This document shows, one piece after another, positions 45,618 to 55,148 of a DNA stretch of 64,000 bases. The notes under the pieces are model-generated. The model was not told the DNA's origin and did no database searches. It saw only the letters and a program-made list of their open reading frames with translations. The stretch comes from Pseudomonadota bacterium (lineage in GTDB: Bacteria; Desulfobacterota; Desulfobulbia; Desulfobulbales; SURF-16). The translations under genes and the position numbers were made by a program. The stretch lies in the NCBI GenBank assembly GCA_018897105.1, contig JAHILF010000066.1, positions 15,021 to 79,020 of the forward strand. Direction: 5' to 3'. Every line of letters begins with the position of its first letter. Position 1 is the first letter of the stretch.

Positions 45618-47279
45618 ATGAACAAATCTTTGCTTGCCAGCCGGTCGATAACCGTAAAACTGGTTGTTTCAGTTGTGGTGACGCTGTTCGCTGCGATACT
45701 TGTCGGCACGCTGCTGCTGAACAACTATGTCCGCAGTGAGATGACCAGCGCCTACATGATTTCCGTCAACAACCTGGCCCAGTCTCTCCAGCAGGGAGTC
45801 AAGGATTCGCTGGAACGAGGGCAGATGGGGAGTTTCCAAAAGCTTCTCCTGCGCCAGAAAGACATTCGAGGGGTAGTGGATGTCTCTTTGTATGACCGGC
45901 AGTTACATGGCAACCTCTCCTCCTCCGAGAAATCCATCAAAGGGCAAACCTTGCCGGATGAGTTAAAAAAGGAGCTACTGTCCATCAAAGAACCGCTGGT
46001 CAAAATCAGCCCCAAGTCGATTCAGATATACACTCCGCAAATGGTGACGCAGGACTGTATCCGTTGCCATCCCTTCTGGCAGGAGAATGAACAGGGCGGA
46101 ATGATTGCGCTCACCTTCGACTTGACCCCCTTGCATCAAGCGCTGGGGAAACAGAAAGTTATGCTGAGCGTGGGCAGTCTTGCCCTGATTATGATTGTCA
46201 GTGCCATAATCTTTCTCCTGGCGCGTTCACTCACCAAGCCGGTGGTGCAGATGACCAAGGCCATGGTGCGTCTGGCCGACGGCGATTTGCGCGTCGAAAT
46301 CCCGGCCCAGGATAGAAAGGATGAAATCGGCGAGATGGCCGCCGCTGTCCAGGTCTTTAAAAACAACGCACTCGACCGACAACGTCTCACGGCAGAACAA
46401 GAGGCAGGAAAACAGCGGGCCGCCCTGGAAAAAACAGCCCTCATGAACAAACTTGCCGCTGATTTTGAAGCCAATATCGGCGGGCTCATCAGCGGGGTAA
46501 CGGCAGCGGTCGCCCAGCTGGAGGCAAACGCAAAGAAAATGGCCGACAATGCTTCCCAGACCAAGACAAAATCCGATTCTGTGGCCATGGCTGCGGCGAA
46601 TACATCCGCCAATGTCATGACCGTTGCCTCGGCCACGGAAGAACTATCAAACTCGGTGAGTGAAATCAGCCACCAGGTCGCTAAGTCGGCTGGGGTCGCC
46701 CGCAATGCGGTGCAAAAGGCCAGTCACACCAACCAGATGGTCGGCAGCCTGGCAAATTCCTCAAAAAAAATCGGCGAAGTCGTCAAACTGATTACTGATA
46801 TTGCCGGACAGACCAAACTGCTGGCTTTGAACGCCACCATCGAGGCGGCCCGGGCCGGTGAGGTCGGCAAAGGCTTTGAGGTGGTGGCCAACGAGGTCAA
46901 AGAATTGGCTAAACAGACCACCGCCGCCACCAAAGAGATCAGCGATCAGATCGCCGACATTCAAGGGGCGACCAACGAGGCAGTCGAGGCAATTCGCGAC
47001 ATTGGCGCCACCATCGGCGAGATCGATGAGATTTCGACAAGCATCGCCGCTTCGGTTGAGGAGCAGGGAGTTGTCACCCTGGACATTGCCAAGAATACCC
47101 AACAGGCGGCAACCGGGTCCAAGGCGGTATCCGGCGACATCTCCATCGTCGCTGCTGCAGCCGACGAAACCGGGGTGACTGCCGCTTACGTTTTGGACGC
47201 CGCCTCCGCTCTCAGCCAGAAGGCCAATGCCCTGCGCCATGATGTCACCCTTTTCCTTGAGACCATCAGGTCGTCCTAA
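45618..47279 (+). CDS. Methyl-accepting chemotaxis protein with a periplasmic CxxCH (haem c) sensor domain, HAMP and MA domains
   Basis: TM1 at aa 13-34. The periplasmic loop contains DCIRCH (C147/C150/H151). TM2 at aa 181-202. HAMP ([12 protein letters not shown]). Signalling hairpin [34 protein letters not shown]. Confidence 0.9.
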   Translation: MNKSLLASRSITVKLVVSVVVTLFAAILVGTLLLNNYVRSEMTSAYMISVNNLAQSLQQGVKDSLERGQMGSFQKLLLRQKDIRGVVDVSLYDRQLHGNLSSSEKSIKGQTLPDELKKELLSIKEPLVKISPKSIQIYTPQMVTQDCIRCHPFWQENEQGGMIALTFDLTPLHQALGKQKVMLSVGSLALIMIVSAIIFLLARSLTKPVVQMTKAMVRLADGDLRVEIPAQDRKDEIGEMAAAVQVFKNNALDRQRLTAEQEAGKQRAALEKTALMNKLAADFEANIGGLISGVTAAVAQLEANAKKMADNASQTKTKSDSVAMAAANTSANVMTVASATEELSNSVSEISHQVAKSAGVARNAVQKASHTNQMVGSLANSSKKIGEVVKLITDIAGQTKLLALNATIEAARAGEVGKGFEVVANEVKELAKQTTAATKEISDQIADIQGATNEAVEAIRDIGATIGEIDEISTSIAASVEEQGVVTLDIAKNTQQAATGSKAVSGDISIVAAAADETGVTAAYVLDAASALSQKANALRHDVTLFLETIRSS

Positions 47280-47291
47280 CCGGAGCAGTGT

Positions 47292-50200
47292 ATGGCATTC
47301 ATTGACGACGACGAAACATTACAGTCCTTCAAGGACGAATCCCACGAGCATCTGGACGGAATTGAAAACGACCTCCTTGCCATTGAGGAGGCTGGCGCCG
47401 ATATCGATCTTGAATTGGTCAACAAGGTCTTCCGCGCCATGCACTCCATCAAGGGTGGCGCCGGTTTCCTGGGTCTCAATGCGGTAAAGACCCTGGCTCA
47501 TGCCGCTGAAAACCTGTTGAATAAAATTCGTAATAAGGATCTCGTGCCGACCACCCCGGTCATCAGCGGTCTCCTGGATGCGGCCGACCTCGTCAATCGC
47601 TTGCTGAACCAGCCGAAAGGGGCCGTTGAACTTGACATTTCCGGCCCCCTGGCTGCTCTGAACAGCATCCTCTCGCCCGAATCTGATCAAGCTGCCCCAC
47701 CACCTGGTGTTTCCCATGCAAACAAGCCCGGCACGCCCGGTCAGCCAGCTTCCTGGCAGGGCCTGCTTACAGAGCACAGTGCCGAGATCGCCGACAATCG
47801 TCTGGGCGGATTCGGAATCTTTGTCCTCGAGTTCGAACGGAGCAGCGATGGCGAACAACAGGGGCTTTCCCCAACCATCCAAACAACTCTCGAGAGTATC
47901 GGTCAGGTTCTCGGCAGCCAAACCGACGACAGTTCGGCAGCCTCCCCTCAACCTACCTATGTCCTCTACGCGACCATGATGGAAAGGGATATGCTCGTAT
48001 CCTTTGCCGGTCTACCACCGGAACGGGTCCATGAAATCCAGGAACAGGCGGAACCTGCCCCCGCCTCGCCTGTTCCGACGGTTGAACCGAGCCCCATCCC
48101 GGCACCGGTGGCAGAAGAATCGCCGTCACCATCGCCGTCGAAAAACGTGGCTGCCGACAGTGCCCCGCAAACCAAAGCTGGAACGGACAGCAGCCTTCGG
48201 GTCAACATCAAAATCCTTGATAACCTGATGACCCTGGCGGGAGAGCTGGTGCTGACCCGCAATCAGTTTCTGCAAATCGTCCACTCCTCCCACCAGCAAA
48301 TCTTTGACGCCGTCTCCCAACGCTTTGACCTGGTCACCTCCGAACTCCAGGAAGCCATCATGTGCACCCGTATGCAACCGGTTGGCAACATTTTCAATAA
48401 ATTCAAACGCGTGGTTCGGGATTTGGCCCATAAACTTGGCAAAGAGATCGATCTGGTCTTGGAAGGCGGTGAGGTCGAAATGGATAAGACCATCATCGAG
48501 GCCTTGACCGACCCCCTGACCCATCTGGTACGCAACTCCGTTGACCACGGCATCGAAACACCGGACAAGCGAACAGCAGCCGGCAAAACACCCTGCGGCA
48601 CACTTCAGATCAAGGCCTTTCATGAAGGAGGCCAGGTCATCATCGAAATAGTCGATGACGGTGGCGGTATTGATACTGCCCGAATCAAAGAAAAGGTCTT
48701 GAGCATGGGCACCCATGACAAGTCCCAGATCGAAGCAATGCAGGAACATGAGCTTTTGCGGCTCATCTTCCTGCCCGGTCTCTCCACCGCCAAAGAGGTG
48801 ACCGATGTCTCTGGACGAGGCGTGGGCATGGATGTGGTGCATGCCAACCTCTCCAAGGTGGGCGGCGTCTTCGACATCGCCAGCAAACTGGGCAAAGGCA
48901 CCACCATCACCATCAAACTGCCCTTAACCCTGGCCATTATCCCCAGTCTGATCGTCAGTGTCGGCACCGAACGCTATGCCATCCCGCAGGTTAACATGGT
49001 CGAGTTGGTACGGGTGCCGGCATCCAAGGTCAAACAGCGAATCGAGAGGATCGACGAGGCGCTGGTGATCAGACAGCGCGGCAGGCTCTTGCCACTCATC
49101 AGTCTGGCCGAGGCGCTGGGTATCGAAAAACGCTACTATCAAGTCCCTAAAACGAAGCAGGTCAAGGTCTGCCAGCGGCAATTGATCGAAGACCGCCGGA
49201 GCTGCACCGCGCCCTCGGGTGAAGACAGTGAGAACTTGACCTCTGCCGGCTTCGGAGTCACTACAGGCGTCTCTGAAGTTAACCAGGAAAATCGTGAGAG
49301 TCCAGACCGTCGCACAAGCCCGCAAAGCGCCGTCAATATCGTTGTTGTCTCGGTGGGTAAATTTCATTACGGCCTGATTGTTGACAAGCTGCTTGATTCG
49401 GAAGAAATCGTGGTTAAGCCCCTGGGCTCACATCTGCGTCAATCTCAGCTCTATGCCGGCGCTACCATTCAGGGCGACGGCAAGGTGGCACTGATCCTTG
49501 ATGTGGTGGGAATCAGCAAGTTCATGAACCTCTCGTCGGGCTCCGTCCGGGTGCGTGATAGAGGGCCACAGGAAACCGAACGAATCAATCCGGATGCTCA
49601 GACCTTGCTTCTGGTCCGAAACTCGCCCAAAGAACAGCTGGCCATCCCCTTAAACCTGGTCTCCCGGATCGAAGAAATACAGCGCGATCAAGTTGAACTT
49701 ACCGGCGGCAGAAGCAATATGCAGTATCGAGGCTCAACCCTGCCCCTGTTTTCTATTAATGAGGTTGCAAAGGTTGCCCCTCTCCAGGAGGACAGCAGCA
49801 ACCTCTATGTGGTGGTCTTTCCTTTTGGTGAACGAGAAGCCGGGATCATGGTGTCGGAGATCATCGATATCGTCACCGTGATCGGCGGCCTTGATGATAC
49901 GACTCACAAACAACCAGGTATCATGGGTTCGGTCATTATCATGAAAAAAATCACCATGCTAGTCGATCTCTTTGGCATCGTTGCCGCAATGATGCCGGAG
50001 TGGATCCGGCACACCAGCCTTGGCACCAAAAGCGGCCAGGGTCAACATATCCTGGTGGTGGAAGATTCGCCATTTTTTAACCGCCAGATCTGCGGGTTCG
50101 TCTCGGATGCCGGGTACAAAGTCTTCAGCGCCACCGATGGTGTTGAAGGTCTTGCCCTTCTCGAGCGTGAAAAAATTGACCTCATCCTCACCGATATCGA

Positions 50201-50402
50201 GATGCCTAACATGGACGGACTGGAATTCACGGCTCGGGTACGTACCGATGCCCGCTGGTCGGGAATGCCAATCATCGCTGTCACCTCATTAAACAGTGAG
50301 GCTGCAGAAAAACGCGGTCTGAAGGCAGGGGTTAACGAATACATGATCAAACTGGATCGAGAAAAAGTTATTCATACGATTAACAGCTATCTCAAACATT
50401 AA
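47292..50402 (+). CDS. cheA: CheA-type histidine kinase hybrid: Hpt, Pro-rich linker, dimerisation/HATPase, two CheW-like domains, C-terminal REC
   Basis: FRAMHSIKGGAGFLGL (Hpt His51); DPLTHLVRNSVDHGIE; GRGVGMDVV; two CheW-like blocks; ILVVEDSPFF..LILTDIEMPNMDG. Confidence 0.92.
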   Translation: MAFIDDDETLQSFKDESHEHLDGIENDLLAIEEAGADIDLELVNKVFRAMHSIKGGAGFLGLNAVKTLAHAAENLLNKIRNKDLVPTTPVISGLLDAADLVNRLLNQPKGAVELDISGPLAALNSILSPESDQAAPPPGVSHANKPGTPGQPASWQGLLTEHSAEIADNRLGGFGIFVLEFERSSDGEQQGLSPTIQTTLESIGQVLGSQTDDSSAASPQPTYVLYATMMERDMLVSFAGLPPERVHEIQEQAEPAPASPVPTVEPSPIPAPVAEESPSPSPSKNVAADSAPQTKAGTDSSLRVNIKILDNLMTLAGELVLTRNQFLQIVHSSHQQIFDAVSQRFDLVTSELQEAIMCTRMQPVGNIFNKFKRVVRDLAHKLGKEIDLVLEGGEVEMDKTIIEALTDPLTHLVRNSVDHGIETPDKRTAAGKTPCGTLQIKAFHEGGQVIIEIVDDGGGIDTARIKEKVLSMGTHDKSQIEAMQEHELLRLIFLPGLSTAKEVTDVSGRGVGMDVVHANLSKVGGVFDIASKLGKGTTITIKLPLTLAIIPSLIVSVGTERYAIPQVNMVELVRVPASKVKQRIERIDEALVIRQRGRLLPLISLAEALGIEKRYYQVPKTKQVKVCQRQLIEDRRSCTAPSGEDSENLTSAGFGVTTGVSEVNQENRESPDRRTSPQSAVNIVVVSVGKFHYGLIVDKLLDSEEIVVKPLGSHLRQSQLYAGATIQGDGKVALILDVVGISKFMNLSSGSVRVRDRGPQETERINPDAQTLLLVRNSPKEQLAIPLNLVSRIEEIQRDQVELTGGRSNMQYRGSTLPLFSINEVAKVAPLQEDSSNLYVVVFPFGEREAGIMVSEIIDIVTVIGGLDDTTHKQPGIMGSVIIMKKITMLVDLFGIVAAMMPEWIRHTSLGTKSGQGQHILVVEDSPFFNRQICGFVSDAGYKVFSATDGVEGLALLEREKIDLILTDIEMPNMDGLEFTARVRTDARWSGMPIIAVTSLNSEAAEKRGLKAGVNEYMIKLDREKVIHTINSYLKH

Positions 50403-50421
50403 TTCCGCCCGGACACTCCCT

Positions 50422-50877
50422 ATGCAGCCATCACCTACCGCCAATGCCACCAAGCGCAAACTGGCCCTGTTTGAATCCGGGCATCTTCTTTGCGGCCTCG
50501 ATATCATCCATGTGCAGGAAATTAATAAAAATATCGCTGTGACTGCTGTCCACCGCGTCCCCGACTATGTGCGGGGGGTGATCAACCTGCGGGGAGAGAT
50601 TGTGACAGTGGTTGATCTGCGCACAAAATTCGGTTTTGCCCCCCTAGCTCAGGAGGCCGAAGAACAGATTGTCATAGTCCGACTCGGCGATGAGAATATC
50701 GGACTCCTGGTGGACTCGGTCAGCGATGTGGTGATCGCTGATGAAAAAGATATTGAACCCACACCCCCAAATCTGGCAGGGGTGCCAGGGCACTTCTTCA
50801 AAGGTATCTATAAACTTGAACAAAGCCTGGTTGCTATCTTAAATATAGAAAAGCTTCTGGCCAGAGAATTCGAATAG
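50422..50877 (+). CDS. cheW: CheW coupling protein
   Basis: [42 protein letters not shown]. Confidence 0.9.
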   Translation: MQPSPTANATKRKLALFESGHLLCGLDIIHVQEINKNIAVTAVHRVPDYVRGVINLRGEIVTVVDLRTKFGFAPLAQEAEEQIVIVRLGDENIGLLVDSVSDVVIADEKDIEPTPPNLAGVPGHFFKGIYKLEQSLVAILNIEKLLAREFE

Positions 50878-50909
50878 CCGTCACGCTTCTTATACAGGGG
50901 GAAATACTG

Positions 50910-52184
50910 ATGTCGCTCAGCACAAAACTCTTTACGGCCCTTGCGGTCACAGCATTGCTGGCGGCAAGCCTGGTTGCCGCCAATCTGTATGGTGCCAGCG
51001 CTTATCTTCAATGGGCGGTCACCCTGACCATGGAGATCCTTCTGGCATGGGCCTTTGTCCTGGCGCTCTCCCTGACCAATGACCTGAGGCGCATAGGGGT
51101 TGTTTGCCGAAAGACAGTTTCGGGCAGTCCAGCCTCAATTGCCGGAACTGCGAATGATAATGATTTGGCCGCTATCGATGCAGCGCTGACGAAAAATGCA
51201 GCCGACTATCAAGAACTTGCCACCACACTCCGGCAAGGAGTCGAAGAACTGATCGCACAGGGCTCAGGACTGTCCTCCCTGGCTGCACAGTCAATGGCAA
51301 AGCTTCATTCAGCCTCAGCAATTTCGTCTTCGGCGGAAGCAGCCATCAAGACCCTGGCCCTTCATGCCGCTACTGTAGCCAGTCGCTTTGAGAGATTGAA
51401 TGCCGGCATGGGCACGGCTACCAACACCGCCAGCGAGTCGGCAGCGCAAGTCAGCATGATTATTGGCGCCACGGAAAAAATGAGCGCCACCATTGCGAAC
51501 ATTGCAATAAGTGCGGAAAAGGCCAGGAGTGTGGCAGGTGCTGCGGTCTCCAATGTCAATGCGGCCTCAAACCGGGTGGACGAACTGGGTGCCGCCGCCT
51601 TGGAAATCAACAAGGTAACGGATGTTATCGTTGAAATCGCTGAACAAACGAAACTGCTGGCTTTAAACGCCACCATTGAGGCCGCTCGAGCCGGTGAAGC
51701 GGGCAAAGGATTCGCCGTCGTCGCCAACGAGGTCAAGGAACTTGCACTGCAAACCAATAACGCTATCGCCGAAATCTGCAACAAAGTCGAGGCAATGCAG
51801 AACTCAACCGACAACACGATCGCTGAAATCGGGGCCATCAATCAGTCCATCAAGGCCGTGAACGAAATTGTAGTCACCATCGCCGGCGCCGTGGATGAGC
51901 AATCGATCCCCACCAAAGACGTGGTCAGGCAGTTAAATCAATGGGTGAAGGGCATCAATATCATCAAGGAAGCGGTAAACGCCGCTGTAGCAGAAGTAAA
52001 AGAAACATCCGTCAACATCAACAAAGTAGCCGCGATCTCTCAGGAACTGGCTGAAGAATTCGCCGCTGTCGCCCCGAGGGACGAAGACCTCTCCCCACTT
52101 CTCGCCTCCATAAAGCAACAGTCCGATGACCTGCAGTCTACCGGCGAAAAATTACTCGCCAAAATAGACGGTGAACAGCTTTGA
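50910..52184 (+). CDS. Methyl-accepting chemotaxis protein without a periplasmic sensor or HAMP (two closely spaced TM segments plus MA domain)
   Basis: [34 protein letters not shown]. The N-terminal hairpin of TM helices has only a short loop. Confidence 0.88.
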   Translation: MSLSTKLFTALAVTALLAASLVAANLYGASAYLQWAVTLTMEILLAWAFVLALSLTNDLRRIGVVCRKTVSGSPASIAGTANDNDLAAIDAALTKNAADYQELATTLRQGVEELIAQGSGLSSLAAQSMAKLHSASAISSSAEAAIKTLALHAATVASRFERLNAGMGTATNTASESAAQVSMIIGATEKMSATIANIAISAEKARSVAGAAVSNVNAASNRVDELGAAALEINKVTDVIVEIAEQTKLLALNATIEAARAGEAGKGFAVVANEVKELALQTNNAIAEICNKVEAMQNSTDNTIAEIGAINQSIKAVNEIVVTIAGAVDEQSIPTKDVVRQLNQWVKGINIIKEAVNAAVAEVKETSVNINKVAAISQELAEEFAAVAPRDEDLSPLLASIKQQSDDLQSTGEKLLAKIDGEQL

Positions 52185-52197
52185 TGGGACGTTAAAG

Positions 52198-53037
52198 CTA
52201 TTCCCTTCCCTTTTGGAAATAGATCGTATTGCAACTCTCGTTTCTGATAAAACGGTCGCTGATGCCAAAAATTGACTCCGTAGAACCGATGATCAAAACG
52301 CCTTCCGAGCGGAGACAGGTGGCCATCGTTTGAAATAACCGACGCCGATTTTTCTGATTGAAATAGATTGCCACGTTGCGGCAGAGAATAATATCATACA
52401 CACCAGGTCCCTCGGGGGCGGCGAGGAGATTCGTCTTATTAAATACGGTCATGGCCCGCAAATCGGCCCTGACTTTCAATAATTCTCCCTGAGACTCGAA
52501 ATATTTCCGACAAAGACCAAGGGGCACCCCTCGTTCCACCTCATAGCGGGTGTAGAGCCCTTTTTGGGCCTTCTTGATGGCAACATCTGAGATATCAGTA
52601 CCGGTTATGGTGATATGCCACCTCTTCATTTCGTCGCCAAGAAGTTCCGCGATGATCATGGCTAGAGAGTAAACCTCCTGCCCGGTTGAGCAGGCAGCGC
52701 TCCAGATCTGCAGCCTGGGCGGGGTTGGGTCGCTTCCGTTTTGTCGTTTGCCAAAAAATTCGGGCAAAATCTTTGCCTGTAGCAACTCAAAGGGCCGCTG
52801 GTCGCGAAAAAACGAAGTTTCGTGGGTAGAAATGGCATCCACAACCCGAGCCTCCCATTCCTCTGAGCGGTAGCCGGCATAAAAAAACTCAGCGAAGCTC
52901 TTGGCTCCATACTCATCCAGCAACGGCCCCAGGCGGCTTTCCAGGAGATAAGCCTTGGTGCTGTTTAAGACAATTCCACTGCGGGCGTGAATGAACTCCG
53001 CAAACAGCTTTACCTCTTCGGGCGTGATGGAAATCAT
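52198..53037 (-). CDS. cheR: Chemotaxis protein methyltransferase CheR
   Basis: THETSFFRD, IWSAACSTGQEVYSLAM, IILCRNVAIYF. ATGA overlap with cheB. Confidence 0.92.
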   Translation of the reverse strand: MISITPEEVKLFAEFIHARSGIVLNSTKAYLLESRLGPLLDEYGAKSFAEFFYAGYRSEEWEARVVDAISTHETSFFRDQRPFELLQAKILPEFFGKRQNGSDPTPPRLQIWSAACSTGQEVYSLAMIIAELLGDEMKRWHITITGTDISDVAIKKAQKGLYTRYEVERGVPLGLCRKYFESQGELLKVRADLRAMTVFNKTNLLAAPEGPGVYDIILCRNVAIYFNQKNRRRLFQTMATCLRSEGVLIIGSTESIFGISDRFIRNESCNTIYFQKGRE

Positions 53038-54119
53038 CTCACCCTTCTCATAATTTCAGGGCCTATGTCGGCCAGGGGTATCACCGCATCGACAACCCCG
53101 GCCTTCACGGCTTCCATGGGCATACCGTAAACGATACAGCTCGCCTGATCCTGGGCAATGACCTGGGCGCCCTGCCGTTTCATCAGGCGTAAGCCGTGCG
53201 TGCCATCACAGCCCATGCCGGTCATAATGACACCAAGGGACTGTCCCTTGCACACTGAAGCAACGGAGCGGAACAAATAATCAGCAGACGGTTGACAATA
53301 ATTTTCCGGAGGGTCGTCGGTAACCTCCAGCACATAATGCGACTGACCCTGTCCGTGGGCAACCCGCATCTGCCTGCTTCCCGGCGCAATATAGGCTGTC
53401 GCAGCTTGCAAAACCTGGCCGGCCTGCCCCTCCACCACGCGAATGGAGCACTTGCTGTCCAGGGATTCAGCCAGGGCACCGGTAAAAAACTTTGGCATAT
53501 GCTGCACGATGACAATCGGCACCGGGAAATCAGCAGGCAGGCGAGGCAGGAGATCGGCTAAGGCAACTGGGCCCCCCGTTGAAATGCCGATGGCCACAAT
53601 CTTAATCCCTGCGGTGCGATGTTCTGTAGATTGTCTAATGATACCTGTCGCTGGAGGAGCTCCAACAGGCTTGGAGTCCATACCGCCAATAGTCTGACGC
53701 AGAATCTTTTGCGCCATAACGGCATTGAGGATGGGACGAAACTTACCGGCCAGCATCTGGAAATTATGTTGCGGATCATCGCCGTCAGGCTTGGTTATAA
53801 AATCATAGGCCCCCAACTGCAAAGCCTCCAAAGTGATCGCGGCACCCTGCCGGGTATGGGTGCTTACCATCAACACCAATGCCTTGGACTTGATTTCCTG
53901 CAGTTTTTTCAAGGTGGTCAGGCCATCCATGACCGGCATTTCCACGTCCAGCGTGATCAGGTCCGGGTTCAGCTGAGCGACTTTAGCGAGCGCGATTTCC
54001 CCCTGGGACGCCGTGCCGACCACTTCCACACCCGGAATGGCAGTCAGAATCTCGTAGATAATGGTTCGATACAGTATGGTGTCATCGACCACAAGTACCC
54101 GCAATAGTTCATGAGACAT
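53034..54119 (-). CDS. cheB: Chemotaxis response regulator protein-glutamate methylesterase CheB
   Basis: REC (RVLVVDDTILYR..TLDVEMPVMDG) plus methylesterase (GISTGGPVAL, VQHMP, MTGMGCDG). The start is taken as the ATG at 54117-54119 (MSHELLRVLVVDD). The ATG at 54137 is also possible, and the track start at 54155 is a TTG. Confidence 0.9.
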   Translation of the reverse strand: MSHELLRVLVVDDTILYRTIIYEILTAIPGVEVVGTASQGEIALAKVAQLNPDLITLDVEMPVMDGLTTLKKLQEIKSKALVLMVSTHTRQGAAITLEALQLGAYDFITKPDGDDPQHNFQMLAGKFRPILNAVMAQKILRQTIGGMDSKPVGAPPATGIIRQSTEHRTAGIKIVAIGISTGGPVALADLLPRLPADFPVPIVIVQHMPKFFTGALAESLDSKCSIRVVEGQAGQVLQAATAYIAPGSRQMRVAHGQGQSHYVLEVTDDPPENYCQPSADYLFRSVASVCKGQSLGVIMTGMGCDGTHGLRLMKRQGAQVIAQDQASCIVYGMPMEAVKAGVVDAVIPLADIGPEIMRRVR

Positions 54120-54606
54120 AATTTCCTGGTTTGGCATGGGCTCCAGTTGCAGCAAAAAAATAATTCCACAATCGGGAACGATTCAGGGGGTAATGTTCCG
54201 GTTTCACTTTCCAGGAGTAAAGGACGCTTTGAGTCTCTCTCCCGAACAGTCAGCACGATGTGAATTTTGAGAAAAGCAAGCTTGACTTTTCCTTTGTTCA
54301 CCCCCTATGCTTAAAAAAAGCAAACTGTTCGTGGCTCTCTGTATCTTTATAGATTAATGGCAAAATTAATTTTCCCAGCAAGAAATCTGTCTGCGTTGCT
54401 AAGAACATACAAGAGAAAAAGTGCTACAGGATGCTAACGTTACAGTTGAGAATTCACCGTTTCCTATAGGAGAACAACTGAACATCTATCGAACGCTTAC
54501 AATTTTGACCGGCTTTGCCCCACTTGATGCCCCAGGCGAGCGATTGCAAGAAACTCGAAGCCATCGGGGTTCCCCCCCCCTCAAACTTCAAAAAAAGATA
54601 AAAAAT

Positions 54607-54987
54607 ATGAGATTTTTAGTAGTCGACGACTTCGACACCATGATAAAAATTACCAAGAATGTCCTAGATGATTTAGGATATAACGATGTTATCACAGCCC
54701 GCAATGGAGAACAAGCATATCAGATTCTCACTAAGGAAAAAATTGATTTCATCATTTCAGACTGGAACATGCCGGTCATGACCGGCATCGAACTCCTGAA
54801 GAAAGTAAGGGGCAACCCTAAATTAGCCCATATCCCCTTTTTGATGGTGACAGCCGAATCTGAGAAGGATCATATTGTCGAGGCAATTCAGGCGAAGGTG
54901 GACCAATACATCCTCAAACCATTTAATCAAGAGATGTTAGCCCAAAAAATCGGTTTTATCCTGCATAATAAAAAAGAGAAAGCCTGA
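54607..54987 (+). CDS. cheY: Single-domain CheY-like response regulator
   Basis: MRFLVVDDFDTMIKI..IISDWNMPVMTG..YILKPF. The 62 upstream codons of the track ORF are unsupported. Confidence 0.88.
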   Translation: MRFLVVDDFDTMIKITKNVLDDLGYNDVITARNGEQAYQILTKEKIDFIISDWNMPVMTGIELLKKVRGNPKLAHIPFLMVTAESEKDHIVEAIQAKVDQYILKPFNQEMLAQKIGFILHNKKEKA

Positions 54988-54989
54988 AC

Positions 54990-55082
54990 GTACATTTTCA
55001 CCTTGCCGGCAATTCATAGTTCCCGGGATATGGGGGCCTTCTCTCTTTGAAGTTGCATGGCGGCAAAATCGTGCACGCCTGA
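54990..55082 (+). pseudogene. Degenerate copy of the 3' end of a DUF342 gene
   Basis: GGATATGGGGGCCTTCTCTCTTTGAAGTTGCATGGCGGCAAAATCGTGCACGCCTGA aligns with 42786-42840 (GGATATGGGGCCCTCTCTCTTTAAGTTGCATGACGGGAAAATCATCCGCGCCTGA), with a few mismatches and indels. Confidence 0.6.
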
Positions 55083-55148
55083 AAAGCTTCTTTACGGCCA
55101 AGCTTATTGTCGGCAAGGAAATGACGTTCCCGTCCGGACCGCTTCTGT

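Noticed and set aside
54358-54375. A sigma-54 promoter (TGGCA..) in the cheB/cheY divergent region.
   Set aside because: No GC dinucleotide lies at the required GG-N10-GC spacing, and no enhancer-binding protein is nearby.
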